Both the position numbers and the translations under genes were made by a program. A DNA stretch of 64,000 nucleotides. It comes from Bdellovibrionales bacterium (lineage in GTDB: Bacteria; Bdellovibrionota; Bdellovibrionia; Bdellovibrionales; UBA1609). Below, piece by piece: positions 9,307 through 22,854 of this stretch. Position 1 is the first letter of the stretch; each line of letters starts with the position of its first letter. A model generated the notes under the pieces. The model had not been told where the DNA came from. It searched no databases and worked only from the letters and a program-made list of their open reading frames with translations. The DNA is taken from positions 960,001 to 1,024,000 of the forward strand of contig OZ241329.1 of NCBI GenBank assembly GCA_965199825.1. The letters run 5' to 3'.

Positions 9307-10893
9307 CTACGTGTTAGCCACGCGCTGTTTATCGCGCATAAAATAGAGTTGTTGTGTCACCCCAAAAAGCCCACTGACAAAAATATAAAGAGTGAGGCCG
9401 CTGGGAAGGTTAATCATAAATAAAGAAAATAAAAGGGGCATAAACATCAGCACCTTTTTTTGTGCAGGATCCATTGTATTCGGAGTGATCCGTTGCTGTA
9501 AAAACAATGTTACGCCCATCAAAATAGGCAGCACATAAAATGGATCTTTAAGACTAAGATCTTTAATCCACAATCCAAAAGGGGCTTGATAAAGCTCAAT
9601 GCTCTGGCCCAGCACCTGATACAGCGCCAAGAAAATGGGGAACTGCAGAAGCATGGGCAGACATCCGCCAAGAGGATTCACGCGCTTTGTCTTCATCAAA
9701 TTCATAGTTTCAAGGCTGACGCGTTGTTGATCATTTTTATGTTTCTCGCGAATTTCTTTGATCAGCGGTTGGATGGCCTGCATGCCCTTCATGCTTTTGT
9801 AGGACATCACATTGAATGGCAACACCAGCGCTCGCACAATCAAAGTGAGCAAAATAATGGTAAGTCCCCAATTGCCGACCCAATCATGCAGCACAATCAT
9901 CAACTTCAAAAGATAGTGGGCGATAAAACTAAACATTCCAAAATTAATAATTCCGCCGAGCTCTTCATCAATCCCTTTGAGCAATGTCAGGTTTTTTGGC
10001 CCAATGTAAGCCAAGTACTTCACCTCAAAATCGGAGCTGCGATTTAAAATTGGATACTTGAGTGTTGCGGTGGCCTCTTGCTGAGCGGCTGCCGAATGAA
10101 CCGAAGCATCGGGAAAAGTTTGTGATTTATTTAAAAGAGCTTGGACAAAATATTGCGACCCGAGCGACACCAGCGAGCTTTTTGGGTAGTCTCCCGAAGT
10201 GTCTTTATCCACTGCCAATTGCAAACGCTGAGAATTTGAATCCGACACAAGATAAAATTCATTGTGATCAGTGGCCGGAAGCAAAAAACTTTTCTTCTGA
10301 ACGTTTGGAACCCGATCATTAAAAGTGACAGTAAATCCACGAAAATTTTCTTTTGGATTTATGGCCACAACCTCGGTCCGAATCAGATATTTGTCGGGCT
10401 CGATCGTCATTGTTTTTTGAATATGTGAACCGTTGATTTCGGCCGTTCCACGAAAACTGTTTACATCTAATTGTTTGACCGAAAATGGAATTGCTTTTGA
10501 TCCATCAACCACACCAGTTTCAAACGTCGTATTGTCGCGGCTGGCACCCATCTGTTTGATTGAGCCGTCGCGAGCTTGATACTGGGTCAGTTGAACATTC
10601 TTAATTCCCATCCCTTGCGAGGAAACTTCAAAATTTAAAGTGGGGCTGACATAAGCGATGATTGATTCAGGTTGAGCCTCATTTGTTTTATCAATCGATG
10701 CGGATGAAGTTGGAACACTTAGGGTGGATGTCGCAGGTACATTCGCCGCAGGAGCGGTCTGCACCACCGCAGGTGCTTCTACTGGTTTTGGATATTTTTG
10801 TTGTAAATGCATCTGCCAACCAAACCAACTTACTCCCACGAGGACAATTGCAAGAATGGTTTTGGTGTCTAAAAAATTTTGGTTATCATTCAC
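9307..10893 (-). CDS. yidC: Membrane protein insertase YidC
   Basis: GNWGLTIILLT, NPLGGCLPMLLQFPIF, WIKDLSLKDP, PSGLTLY. Confidence 0.97.
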   Translation of the reverse strand: MNDNQNFLDTKTILAIVLVGVSWFGWQMHLQQKYPKPVEAPAVVQTAPAANVPATSTLSVPTSSASIDKTNEAQPESIIAYVSPTLNFEVSSQGMGIKNVQLTQYQARDGSIKQMGASRDNTTFETGVVDGSKAIPFSVKQLDVNSFRGTAEINGSHIQKTMTIEPDKYLIRTEVVAINPKENFRGFTVTFNDRVPNVQKKSFLLPATDHNEFYLVSDSNSQRLQLAVDKDTSGDYPKSSLVSLGSQYFVQALLNKSQTFPDASVHSAAAQQEATATLKYPILNRSSDFEVKYLAYIGPKNLTLLKGIDEELGGIINFGMFSFIAHYLLKLMIVLHDWVGNWGLTIILLTLIVRALVLPFNVMSYKSMKGMQAIQPLIKEIREKHKNDQQRVSLETMNLMKTKRVNPLGGCLPMLLQFPIFLALYQVLGQSIELYQAPFGLWIKDLSLKDPFYVLPILMGVTLFLQQRITPNTMDPAQKKVLMFMPLLFSLFMINLPSGLTLYIFVSGLFGVTQQLYFMRDKQRVANT

Positions 10894-11126
10894 TTTTGAA
10901 CTTCTTTGTTAAATGGAATCGCATCGTCGCCATAAGGCCCAAAGGGACGACACTTCAATAGTCTTTTAAAAACAAGATGAAACGCGGTAAAAAAAGGAAA
11001 TCTCTCAAAACAGCCTTGAGCATAGACCGAACACGAAGGATAAAACCGACAACAATGACTGCCGAAAAAGATTGAAAGCCCACCGCGATAAAGACTGACT
11101 AAGATAAAACTAATTTGGCTGAGCAA
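10890..11126 (-). CDS. yidD: Membrane protein insertion efficiency factor YidD
   Basis: CRFYPSCSVYA...RLLKCRPFGPYGDD; start estimated at TTG 11126. Confidence 0.88.
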   Translation of the reverse strand: MLSQISFILVSLYRGGLSIFFGSHCCRFYPSCSVYAQGCFERFPFFTAFHLVFKRLLKCRPFGPYGDDAIPFNKEVQK

Positions 11127-11475
11127 TTTTTCGCAGCCCTTCACTAAGTGCTTTGTCAAAGGATGAATGCTCGAGTGCTTTGTAGAACTCACGATCTTTT
11201 TTGAGAAAAACCACATTGATGTCACAGCTAAAAGACGTGTTTTGAGTTTTGGCCAGGGCCTTAAAAAATTCGCGTCCCCACCGACGAACTCGGTTTCTGA
11301 CCACTGCGATCCCCACATATTTAGGGATGGTAAATCCATATCTGAGAGAATTTTTGTCATTATAGTTATAACTAAATAGCATCCAGTGAGTGACACGCAG
11401 GCGCCGGCCTGTTTCACGAAGGCGTTCGAATTCCTTCGTCGACTTAAGCACCTGAAATGACTTATTACTTTCCAC
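11110..11475 (-). CDS. rnpA: RNase P protein component
   Basis: [22 protein letters not shown] (RNR motif); GTG start 11475 overlapping the rpmH end. Confidence 0.92.
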   Translation of the reverse strand: MESNKSFQVLKSTKEFERLRETGRRLRVTHWMLFSYNYNDKNSLRYGFTIPKYVGIAVVRNRVRRWGREFFKALAKTQNTSFSCDINVVFLKKDREFYKALEHSSFDKALSEGLRKIAQPN

Positions 11476-11614
11476 CAACGGCAACTGTAAGACGCTTTCG
11501 TCCTTTGGCTCGCCGACGCGAGAGGACGTCTTGACCGTCTTTCGTAGCCATACGGGCTCTAAATCCATGAGTACGCGCACGACGGCGCCGACTGGGTTGA
11601 TATGTTCTTTTCAT
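11465..11614 (-). CDS. rpmH: 50S ribosomal protein L34 (not in ORF track)
   Basis: Manual translation [57 protein letters not shown] upstream. Confidence 0.97.
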   Translation of the reverse strand: MKRTYQPSRRRRARTHGFRARMATKDGQDVLSRRRAKGRKRLTVAVGGK

Positions 11615-11700
11615 CGCTGCTCCTAAAAAAACTAGTACGAAAAATCGTATAAACCATGACGGCTAAAGCTACGTCAAGGTATTGAAACAATTCTAGCGGC

Positions 11701-13149
11701 ATGCTACCGACAAACCTCACCGCGCGGAGCCGACTCGTGAAAGATCAAATCAAGGACGAAAAAGCCGATTTCTGGAAACAGATAAAGAGCAATCTTAAGC
11801 AAAAAAACGTTCATAACAAGCCTTTACAGATGTGGTTTGAACCCACCGAGCTCATCAAAATTGATGAGCGCGCCACCGGTCATTGTTTTTTGCTGGGCGT
11901 CCCCACCGAACTTCATAAATATTGGATTGCCCAAAATTTGTTGGATCGGTTGTGTGCCGAAATCTCGGCGATTTACCAAAATCCATTTCAAATTGAGCTG
12001 GTTGTTACCGGAAAAGAAGATTCCTCGGTGCGTGAACCCGAAGGCGAACAGCTCATGCTTGAAGAGCAAAAACCCGCCCCACCACCGATTCAAGCTCCCA
12101 TTGTTTCGGGCCAACATCGTGATGTGGTCAATCCAGATTATGTCTTTTCAACCTTTGTTGTGGGACGTAACAATGAGTTTGCTCATGCCGCCTGCTTCAA
12201 TATTGCCGAGCATCCTGGGACCGAAAATTATAATCCTCTTTTTATATGTGGTCCTACCGGAATGGGTAAGACCCATTTGCTCAATGCGGTCGGCAACCAT
12301 ATTAAAAAAACTCATTCGAATTTGCGCATTTGCTATGTGTCGGCCGAGCGGTTCTTAAACGAATGCATCTCGAGCATTCGCCGTAATGAAATGGATAAGT
12401 TTCGCCAACGCTACCGTGAGCGCTGCGATATTTTACTGATGGATGATATCCAAATTTTGGGGCGTGGCGAAGCGGTTCAAGAAGAGTTTTTTCATACCCT
12501 TAATGACTTTTTTGAAAAAGGCCAACAAGTGGTGGTGGCCTCAGACCGGATGCCCAAAGACATCAAAGGATTAGAAGATCGGATTCGGACCCGCCTTGAA
12601 TGGGGGTTGATTGCCGATATCCAGATGCCCGATATCGAGACTCGCGTTGCGATCTTAAAGTATAAGGCCGAAAAAAAACTGATTCGCCTTCCCAACGAGG
12701 TCATCACCTTTATTGGCCGGATTTCTAAGCGATCGATCCGTGAACTTGAAGGCAACCTTAATAAGGTGAAAATGTTTTCGGAGCTTCAAGGGTTAGATAT
12801 CAGCCTCGAATTGGCCAAAAAAGTTTTGTCGACTCATGACGACACCACCAACATTTCGGTGGATGAAATTCAAAAAATTTGCGCCGATCATTTTAAAGTT
12901 CGATTGCCCGACATGAAAAGTAAGGCTCGTACCCGGCCTCTGGTGGTAGCGCGCCAGGTCGCTATGTTTTTAATCAAAAAACATCTCGATAAATCGTTGG
13001 TTGATATTGGTCGAGCTTTTGGGGGTAAAGATCACACAACGGTGATGAATGCACTGCGTCGCATTACTTATTCACAGCATGCCGACTTGGATTTAAAGCG
13101 TGATATTGAGGACTTAGAGAACAGAATCCACAATATCACAGGGGTGTGA
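11701..13149 (+). CDS. dnaA: Chromosomal replication initiator DnaA
   Basis: NPLFICGPTGMGKTHL, LMDDIQ, QEEFFHTLN, RELEG, GGKDHTTV; true start may be GTG 11737. Confidence 0.98.
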   Translation: MLPTNLTARSRLVKDQIKDEKADFWKQIKSNLKQKNVHNKPLQMWFEPTELIKIDERATGHCFLLGVPTELHKYWIAQNLLDRLCAEISAIYQNPFQIELVVTGKEDSSVREPEGEQLMLEEQKPAPPPIQAPIVSGQHRDVVNPDYVFSTFVVGRNNEFAHAACFNIAEHPGTENYNPLFICGPTGMGKTHLLNAVGNHIKKTHSNLRICYVSAERFLNECISSIRRNEMDKFRQRYRERCDILLMDDIQILGRGEAVQEEFFHTLNDFFEKGQQVVVASDRMPKDIKGLEDRIRTRLEWGLIADIQMPDIETRVAILKYKAEKKLIRLPNEVITFIGRISKRSIRELEGNLNKVKMFSELQGLDISLELAKKVLSTHDDTTNISVDEIQKICADHFKVRLPDMKSKARTRPLVVARQVAMFLIKKHLDKSLVDIGRAFGGKDHTTVMNALRRITYSQHADLDLKRDIEDLENRIHNITGV

Positions 13150-13345
13150 ATAACTGATGTGGATTGCGATGTGGATAACCCGTGGACAACTTTTCATAGA
13201 CTCACTTATCCACATTTCAAGATTGTTATTCGTATAGTTATCAAGATACTTATCCACATCGATAGGTGAAGAAAAACAGGGATTTAGATAGTTAATCGAC
13301 TTATACAGTCCCCTACTACTACTACTGTATTTTTATATTAAGAAG
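13145..13345. other. oriC: Replication origin oriC
   Basis: DnaA boxes TGTGAATAA 13145, TGTGGATAA 13170, TTATCCACA 13206 and 13250, plus weaker ones; CTACTACTACTACTG trios 13313-13327; AT-rich tract after; gene strand bias switches next to this locus. Confidence 0.93.
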
Positions 13346-13372
13346 AAAGTAGATAAGAGGAAAGGCAAAGAC

Positions 13373-14491
13373 ATGAAACTGACAATTGAAAAAAACGATC
13401 TCTTTTCTCTCGTGAGTCGTGCACAGAATATCATCGAGAAGCGCAACACCATGCCGATCCTTGTGAATGTTTTATTTGAAGCGGAAGGCTCGGCACTCAA
13501 AATTTTTGCAACCGATCTTGAAGTGAGCTTAACCGATCAATGCGCGGCTCGAGTTCATGAACCTGGTCGAGTTGCGGTGAATGCAAAAAGTCTTTTTGAA
13601 ATTGTAAAAGAACTTCCTGATGGAGCAATCCACTTAGAAAAAAAAGAAAACAATTGGCTCAAGCTCACCCAGCATCGATCGGTTTTTAATATTGTTGGAA
13701 TGAGCCCCGAAGAATATCCGGTGTTTCCAACATTCAACACACAAGAATTTATGCGGATTGAATCGGACGTGCTCAGCGAGATGATCGAAAAAACAATTTA
13801 CTCTGTTTCGAGTGATCACACCCGCTATCACCTCAACGGAGTTTTTTTTGAAAAACAAAAAGAAGGCGATCGTTCGGTCTATCGCATGGTCGCAACCGAC
13901 GGCCATCGCTTAAGCTTAGTTGATCGCAAAACCGAAGGACAGATTGGCAGCGGTGCAGATCAAGGTGTGATTATCCCTCGCAAAGGTCTCTATGAAATTC
14001 GAAAGTTGTTAGAAACAAGCGAAGGAAATGTGGAAATAGCTGTGGAAGGCTCGCAATTGATCGTGCGCAAAGAATCGTCTGTCCTGATGATTCGGTTGAT
14101 TGAAGGCAAGTATCCTAATTATCAACAGCTTATTCCACAAAATCTCAAAGAGTTGATTTCGGTGAATCGCGAGATTCTTCTGAGTTCGCTCAAACGCGTG
14201 TCGCTGTTGTCGAATCAAAAGTCCAAAGGTGTGACACTTGCGTTGAGCAATAACAAAATGGAAATCACCAGCAACAATCCCGAACTTGGCGATGCAAAAG
14301 AAGAGCTCGAAGTCGAGTACCGCGGTCGCGAAATGAAGATCGGCTTTAATGCGCGCTATATTCTCGATGTGCTCGGCAGCATGAAGGATGAGATGGTGCA
14401 AATTGAACTCAACGATCAGCTCTCACCCGGTTTGGTTCGACCACATAACGACAAGAGCTACACTTGCGTTGTTATGCCCATGCGCATCTAA
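13373..14491 (+). CDS. dnaN: DNA polymerase III beta clamp
   Basis: ATDLEV, VATDGHRL, RLIEGKYPNY, IGFNARY, VVMPMRI. Confidence 0.98.
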   Translation: MKLTIEKNDLFSLVSRAQNIIEKRNTMPILVNVLFEAEGSALKIFATDLEVSLTDQCAARVHEPGRVAVNAKSLFEIVKELPDGAIHLEKKENNWLKLTQHRSVFNIVGMSPEEYPVFPTFNTQEFMRIESDVLSEMIEKTIYSVSSDHTRYHLNGVFFEKQKEGDRSVYRMVATDGHRLSLVDRKTEGQIGSGADQGVIIPRKGLYEIRKLLETSEGNVEIAVEGSQLIVRKESSVLMIRLIEGKYPNYQQLIPQNLKELISVNREILLSSLKRVSLLSNQKSKGVTLALSNNKMEITSNNPELGDAKEELEVEYRGREMKIGFNARYILDVLGSMKDEMVQIELNDQLSPGLVRPHNDKSYTCVVMPMRI

Positions 14492-18053
<3,562 letters not shown>

Positions 18054-20522
18054 GTGAACACACCCGAAATTTCTCGAGTTACCGACGTCGATATCAATAA
18101 AGAAATGCGCGATGCTTATCTGCAATACTCAATGAGTGTGATTGTGGGACGCGCACTTCCAGATGTGCGAGATGGTTTAAAACCGGTGCATCGCAGAGTC
18201 TTATTTGCGATGAATGATCTCAATAACACCCACGATAAGCCTTATAAAAAATCGGCGCGTGTGGTTGGGGATGTGATCGGTAAATATCACCCGCATGGGG
18301 ATATGGCTGTATACGATACCATCGTTCGCATGGCTCAAGATTTTTCGTTGCGCTACCCGCTTGTGGATGGGCAAGGAAACTTTGGATCGATCGATGGCGA
18401 CTCACCTGCGGCACCTCGATATACCGAAATTCGCATGACCGAACTTGCCGAAGAACTGTTAGCGGATATCGAAAAAGACACGGTCCCCTTTGGTCCTAAC
18501 TACGATGACTCACTCTTAATTCCTTCGGTGCTTCCGGCAAAATTTCCTAATCTTCTTATTAACGGAAGTTCTGGAATTGCGGTGGGTATGGCCACCAATA
18601 TTCCACCCCATAATTTGGGCGAAATCATTGATGCCTGTATGGCCTTGATTGAAAATCCCGATATCACCTTGGACGAATTGATTCCGATGGTGCCCGGCCC
18701 CGATTTTCCCACTGCCGCTTTGATTGTGGGATCTGCCGGAATTCATTCGGCGTATCGCACAGGCCGCGGTGTGATCACCCTAAAAGCGGTGGCTGAGGTT
18801 GTTCCAAGAAAAGATCGCGAAGACATTATCGTTACCGAAATTCCTTATCAGGTAAACAAAGCTCGTTTGATCGAAAGCATTGCCGATCATGTTAAAGAAA
18901 AGCGCATCGAAGGCATCTCAGATATTCGCGATGAATCCTCACGCGAAGGTATGCGCATCGTTATTAATTTAAAGAAAAACGAAAATGCTCAAGTCGTCTT
19001 GAATCGGCTGTTTAAATTTACCCAAATGCAGGTGAGCTACGGCATTATTATGCTTGCTCTGGATGCGCGAACACAGCCGGTTGTTTTTAATCTGAAGCAA
19101 ATGCTTGAGGCGTTTTTAGAGCATCGTAAAGATGTGGTGACCAAACGCTGTATTTTTGATCTTAAAAAAGCCGAAGCCCGTGCTCATATCTTGGATGGAT
19201 TAAGTAAAGCTCTTGATCAAATCGATTTAATTATTGCAGCGATTCGGGCTTCAAAAGAAGCCGAGATTGCAAGGCAAGCCCTGATCAATCAGTTTCATTT
19301 TTCAGAACGTCAAGCCCAAGCCATTCTAGAAATGCGTTTACAAAGATTAACCGGGCTTGAGCGCCAAAAAATTCTTGATGAGCTGACCGAGGTCAATGCT
19401 TCGATCGCGTGGCTCAGAAAAGTTTTGGGCGACGTTAAAGAAATTTTTAAAATCATTGTTACTGAATTGACTGATATTCGAGCTAAATATTCCAATCCCC
19501 GTCGCACAAAAATCGAAGTTTCTGAAGGCGACATGGATGATGAAGACCTAATTGCCGATGTGCCGGTGGTGGTCACCATGACCGAAAGTGGTTACATCAA
19601 GCGATTCGATTCCTCGGAATATCGCCTTCAAAAACGGGGTGGTGTGGGCCTTAAAGGTGGCGAAACCAAAGAAGAAGATTCTTACATTCGAGTTTTTTCA
19701 ACCACAACCAAAACCTCACTCTTGATATTTTCGGATCGTGGAAAATTGTATTGGCTCAAAGTGTTTCGACTTCCAATCGGATCACGAACCTCGCGTGGAA
19801 AAGCAATCAGCGGAGTGGTTCCCCTTTCACAAGGCGAAACCGTACGAGCCATTTTGCCGATTCAAGAATTTATCCCAACAAATTACATTGTGATGCTGAC
19901 CGAAAAAGGTGTGATCAAAAAAACTTCGCTCGCCGCGTTTGCGCGACAGTGGACTAAGGGTCTCCTTGCTCTTCAAACAGATCTTGATGACAAGATGAAA
20001 GAGGCGCGCATCAGCAACGGATCCAATCATATTTTGATTATGACTGCTGAAGGAATGGTGATCCGATTTGACGAATCAGGAGTTCGACCAATGGGCCGTG
20101 GAGCTCGCGGTGTGCGAGGAATTATGATGGGCCCCGAAGACCGTGTTGTGGGAATGGAACTGATCGAAAAGGATTCGAAGCAAAATATTTTGCTGCTCAC
20201 CTCGAAAGGTTATGCCAAACGGGTGTCGGTTGAGGATTTTAGAATTCAAAGTCGAGCGGGTGCGGGATTAATGACTCAGAAGCATCAGGACAAAGTGGGC
20301 AATGTGGTTGCCGCTCTGATTGTGAAGGATGAAGATCAGGCGCTTGTCACTACGGCGAGCGGTCAGGCCATTCGGTTTAATTGCTCCGAAGTTCGACAAT
20401 TATCTCGAGCTGCGGCGGGAGTGCGAATCATTAATCTAAAAGAAAACGATTCGGTTTCGAGTCTTGCCCTTTTGGATAATGACGGCACAGATGTTTTACC
20501 AGTTGAACCGCCACTTCAATAA
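18054..20522 (+). CDS. gyrA: DNA gyrase subunit A
   Basis: RALPDVRDGLKPV, YHPHGD, RYTE catalytic Tyr, GyrA-box-like QKRGGVG, beta-pinwheel repeats. Confidence 0.97.
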   Translation: MNTPEISRVTDVDINKEMRDAYLQYSMSVIVGRALPDVRDGLKPVHRRVLFAMNDLNNTHDKPYKKSARVVGDVIGKYHPHGDMAVYDTIVRMAQDFSLRYPLVDGQGNFGSIDGDSPAAPRYTEIRMTELAEELLADIEKDTVPFGPNYDDSLLIPSVLPAKFPNLLINGSSGIAVGMATNIPPHNLGEIIDACMALIENPDITLDELIPMVPGPDFPTAALIVGSAGIHSAYRTGRGVITLKAVAEVVPRKDREDIIVTEIPYQVNKARLIESIADHVKEKRIEGISDIRDESSREGMRIVINLKKNENAQVVLNRLFKFTQMQVSYGIIMLALDARTQPVVFNLKQMLEAFLEHRKDVVTKRCIFDLKKAEARAHILDGLSKALDQIDLIIAAIRASKEAEIARQALINQFHFSERQAQAILEMRLQRLTGLERQKILDELTEVNASIAWLRKVLGDVKEIFKIIVTELTDIRAKYSNPRRTKIEVSEGDMDDEDLIADVPVVVTMTESGYIKRFDSSEYRLQKRGGVGLKGGETKEEDSYIRVFSTTTKTSLLIFSDRGKLYWLKVFRLPIGSRTSRGKAISGVVPLSQGETVRAILPIQEFIPTNYIVMLTEKGVIKKTSLAAFARQWTKGLLALQTDLDDKMKEARISNGSNHILIMTAEGMVIRFDESGVRPMGRGARGVRGIMMGPEDRVVGMELIEKDSKQNILLLTSKGYAKRVSVEDFRIQSRAGAGLMTQKHQDKVGNVVAALIVKDEDQALVTTASGQAIRFNCSEVRQLSRAAAGVRIINLKENDSVSSLALLDNDGTDVLPVEPPLQ

Positions 20523-21297
20523 GGTTTTTATTCTGCTCGCTTTGTCGGGATGCTTTAATCGTCTCGAACTTAAGCGTGGAATTGCGGCCTTGAATCATGG
20601 TCAACTGAGCGAAGGCTTTGCCGATCTCGAGCGAGTGATAAAAAAAAATCCTGAATCTCAAAATGCTTTGATCGCGGCACGCACGGGCTCGCGAGTGGCA
20701 TTATTAGAGGCCAAAAATTATAACCAAGCTCTTTATTTTTATCGCCATCTGGTGCTTTACGCTCCCGATGAGAGCGAGCGACTCCAAGCCGAAGCACAAG
20801 TGGCACACATCGAATTTGAAGACCTCACCCACTACGATGTGGCCATTGCCGAGTACAGCAAACTTTTGCAACTCAAACACACCGATGAAGAGGGTTTTGA
20901 ATATCAATTCAATGTGGCCAAGGCTTATTTTCAGCTCAACAACTTTTATCAGTCGGGTGTTGAGATCGATGAGCTGCTGCAGCGAAAATTAAACGAAGAT
21001 CAAAAATTTGAAGTCCTTTTATTTAAAGCCAACCTAAATTTGACCGAAAAAAAACTCGAGCCGGCTCTAAAAGTTTACAACTCACTTCTTGCCGATTACC
21101 CCGAGCGGGCAAAAAAAGAGAATGTTCCGCTTGCCCTATCGGTTTGTTACGAAGAAAAGGGTGATTTTTTAAAGGCAATCAAGATCTTAAATGAACTTAA
21201 ATCGAGCTACCCTTCACCCGATTTTCTCGAGGTCAAAATCAAGCGCTTAGAAATTCGAGCCGCCAATTTGCCAGGAGCCGAAGGCCTCAAGAAGTGA
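20491..21297 (+). CDS. TPR-repeat protein, probable lipoprotein
   Basis: LLALSGC lipobox; TPR-like helices (FNVAKAYFQLNNFYQS, LSVCYEEKGDFLKA); start uncertain. Confidence 0.7.
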   Translation: MFYQLNRHFNKVFILLALSGCFNRLELKRGIAALNHGQLSEGFADLERVIKKNPESQNALIAARTGSRVALLEAKNYNQALYFYRHLVLYAPDESERLQAEAQVAHIEFEDLTHYDVAIAEYSKLLQLKHTDEEGFEYQFNVAKAYFQLNNFYQSGVEIDELLQRKLNEDQKFEVLLFKANLNLTEKKLEPALKVYNSLLADYPERAKKENVPLALSVCYEEKGDFLKAIKILNELKSSYPSPDFLEVKIKRLEIRAANLPGAEGLKK

Positions 21298-21491
21298 AAA
21301 CCGGCTTTATGTTTATGGGTATGGGATTTGAGCTGGTTGGGATCGTTCTCGCTTCTCTTTATTTTGGTGGCGTGATAGATCGAGCCTTCAGCCTTAACGG
21401 CTATGGAGTGGCAATTGTGCTGCTGCCCGGAACCGCTGGCTGGATCGCCCATATGATTTTTATGCTTATCAAAATGCAAAGACAAAAATGA
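21294..21491 (+). CDS. AtpZ/AtpI-family small membrane protein
   Basis: GMGFEL...G..ID two-TM pattern upstream of atpB. Confidence 0.75.
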   Translation: MKTGFMFMGMGFELVGIVLASLYFGGVIDRAFSLNGYGVAIVLLPGTAGWIAHMIFMLIKMQRQK

Positions 21492-21835
21492 TTCGGATTG
21501 CCCTGATCTCCCAAGTTTTCTTTTTGATTCTTGGCCAGATTATTTTAACTGGACCAGAACTTTTTTCTTATTCCTGTGGAGTAGGTCTGATTACCCTCCA
21601 GATCGTCGCGATGATTTGGGCTTGGCACCAGATCCTATTTAAAAAATCCGTTGCCCTTGCCGGAAGTGTCATTGTAATCAAATATGCGGTTTTGTTTGTT
21701 TTGACTTACAAACTTATTGTCGGTCATGTGGTTGAACCCCTCTACTTTTTAATTGGAAGCGCGACAATCTTGCCGACAGTTCTGCTTTTTGGTTTCGTTC
21801 ATCGCAATAAGGTTTTAAATCATGGCGCACTTTAA
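21488..21835 (+). CDS. ATP synthase I-like membrane protein
   Basis: Four hydrophobic segments, IVIKY motif, directly before atpB. Confidence 0.7.
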   Translation: MIRIALISQVFFLILGQIILTGPELFSYSCGVGLITLQIVAMIWAWHQILFKKSVALAGSVIVIKYAVLFVLTYKLIVGHVVEPLYFLIGSATILPTVLLFGFVHRNKVLNHGAL

Positions 21836-22511
21836 TTGGACTCAGCTCATTCCCGGAGTGGCTCACTCACAAATTCATATCGCCACTTTGCTTGTGGCCG
21901 CTGGACTTTTATTTTTAATCGCCTTTATTGGCCGAGTCGCCTTGGGAACAGGCGAAAATTCGATCACTCCCGCATCGAAATTTGGAGTTCGTGCAATATT
22001 TGAGACCATCACCGAGTTTATTGTTGGTTTGATCGACATGGTCGTTGGTGAGCATGGACGAAGGCTCACTCCACTGTTTGCCACATTGTTCTTTTATGTT
22101 TGGATCAATAATCTTTTGGGATTGGTTCCGGGAATGACTCCGGCCACCGATAATCTTAACACCACAATTGCTATCGGTATTTTTACTTTTTTAGCCTACA
22201 ACTATCTAGGACTCAAAGAACACGGGATCAAATATCTTAAACATTTTTTAGGCCCAGTGATTTACATGGCGCCCTTAATGCTTTTGATAGAATTGGTTTC
22301 GCATATTATTCGTCCTTTTAGTTTGGGTCTTCGCCTCCAAGGCAATATGGTAGGCGATCATACGGTACTCTCGATCTTTTTAGATCTTGCGCCTTATGGA
22401 GTGCCAGTTCTTTTTTATGGATTGGGAATATTTGTAAGTACCATGCAAGCCTTCGTCTTTACGATGCTCAGTATGATTTACGTCTCAATGGCAGTTGCAC
22501 ACGATCACTAA
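21822..22511 (+). CDS. atpB: ATP synthase F0 subunit a
   Basis: NLLGLVP, RPFSLGLRLQGN (essential Arg), QAFVFTMLS. Confidence 0.96.
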   Translation: MAHFNWTQLIPGVAHSQIHIATLLVAAGLLFLIAFIGRVALGTGENSITPASKFGVRAIFETITEFIVGLIDMVVGEHGRRLTPLFATLFFYVWINNLLGLVPGMTPATDNLNTTIAIGIFTFLAYNYLGLKEHGIKYLKHFLGPVIYMAPLMLLIELVSHIIRPFSLGLRLQGNMVGDHTVLSIFLDLAPYGVPVLFYGLGIFVSTMQAFVFTMLSMIYVSMAVAHDH

Positions 22512-22539
22512 TGTTCATTTAAAAATAAGGGAGAATCAG

Positions 22540-22845
22540 ATGAAGAAAGCAATGTTATTAACACTATTATCCACACCTGCATTTGCGCAAGAAGCTGTAC
22601 ACTACGCCGGCGGAATGAGCGACAAAGCGTGCTATGCACTCGCAGCAGCAATCGCAATTGGTATTGCAGCACTTGGCGGAGCATTAGCTCAAGGCCGTAT
22701 CGGTGCCACAGCTATGGAAGGGATTGCTCGTAATCCTCAAGCTCAACAAAATATGTTTGTATCGATGATCATCGGACTCGTATTGATCGAATCCCTTGTT
22801 ATTTATTCGCTTGTTATTGCGTTTATGCTCGTAGGCAAAATTTAG
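22540..22845 (+). CDS. atpE: ATP synthase F0 subunit c
   Basis: GIARNP loop, LIESLVIY ion-binding Glu; AAGGGAG RBS before ATG 22540. Confidence 0.96.
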   Translation: MKKAMLLTLLSTPAFAQEAVHYAGGMSDKACYALAAAIAIGIAALGGALAQGRIGATAMEGIARNPQAQQNMFVSMIIGLVLIESLVIYSLVIAFMLVGKI

Positions 22846-22854
22846 TAAATAACA

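Noticed and set aside
10890..11580. Long overlapping ORF calls for yidD and rnpA
   Set aside because: The upstream extensions overlap rnpA and rpmH; shorter starts fit the families
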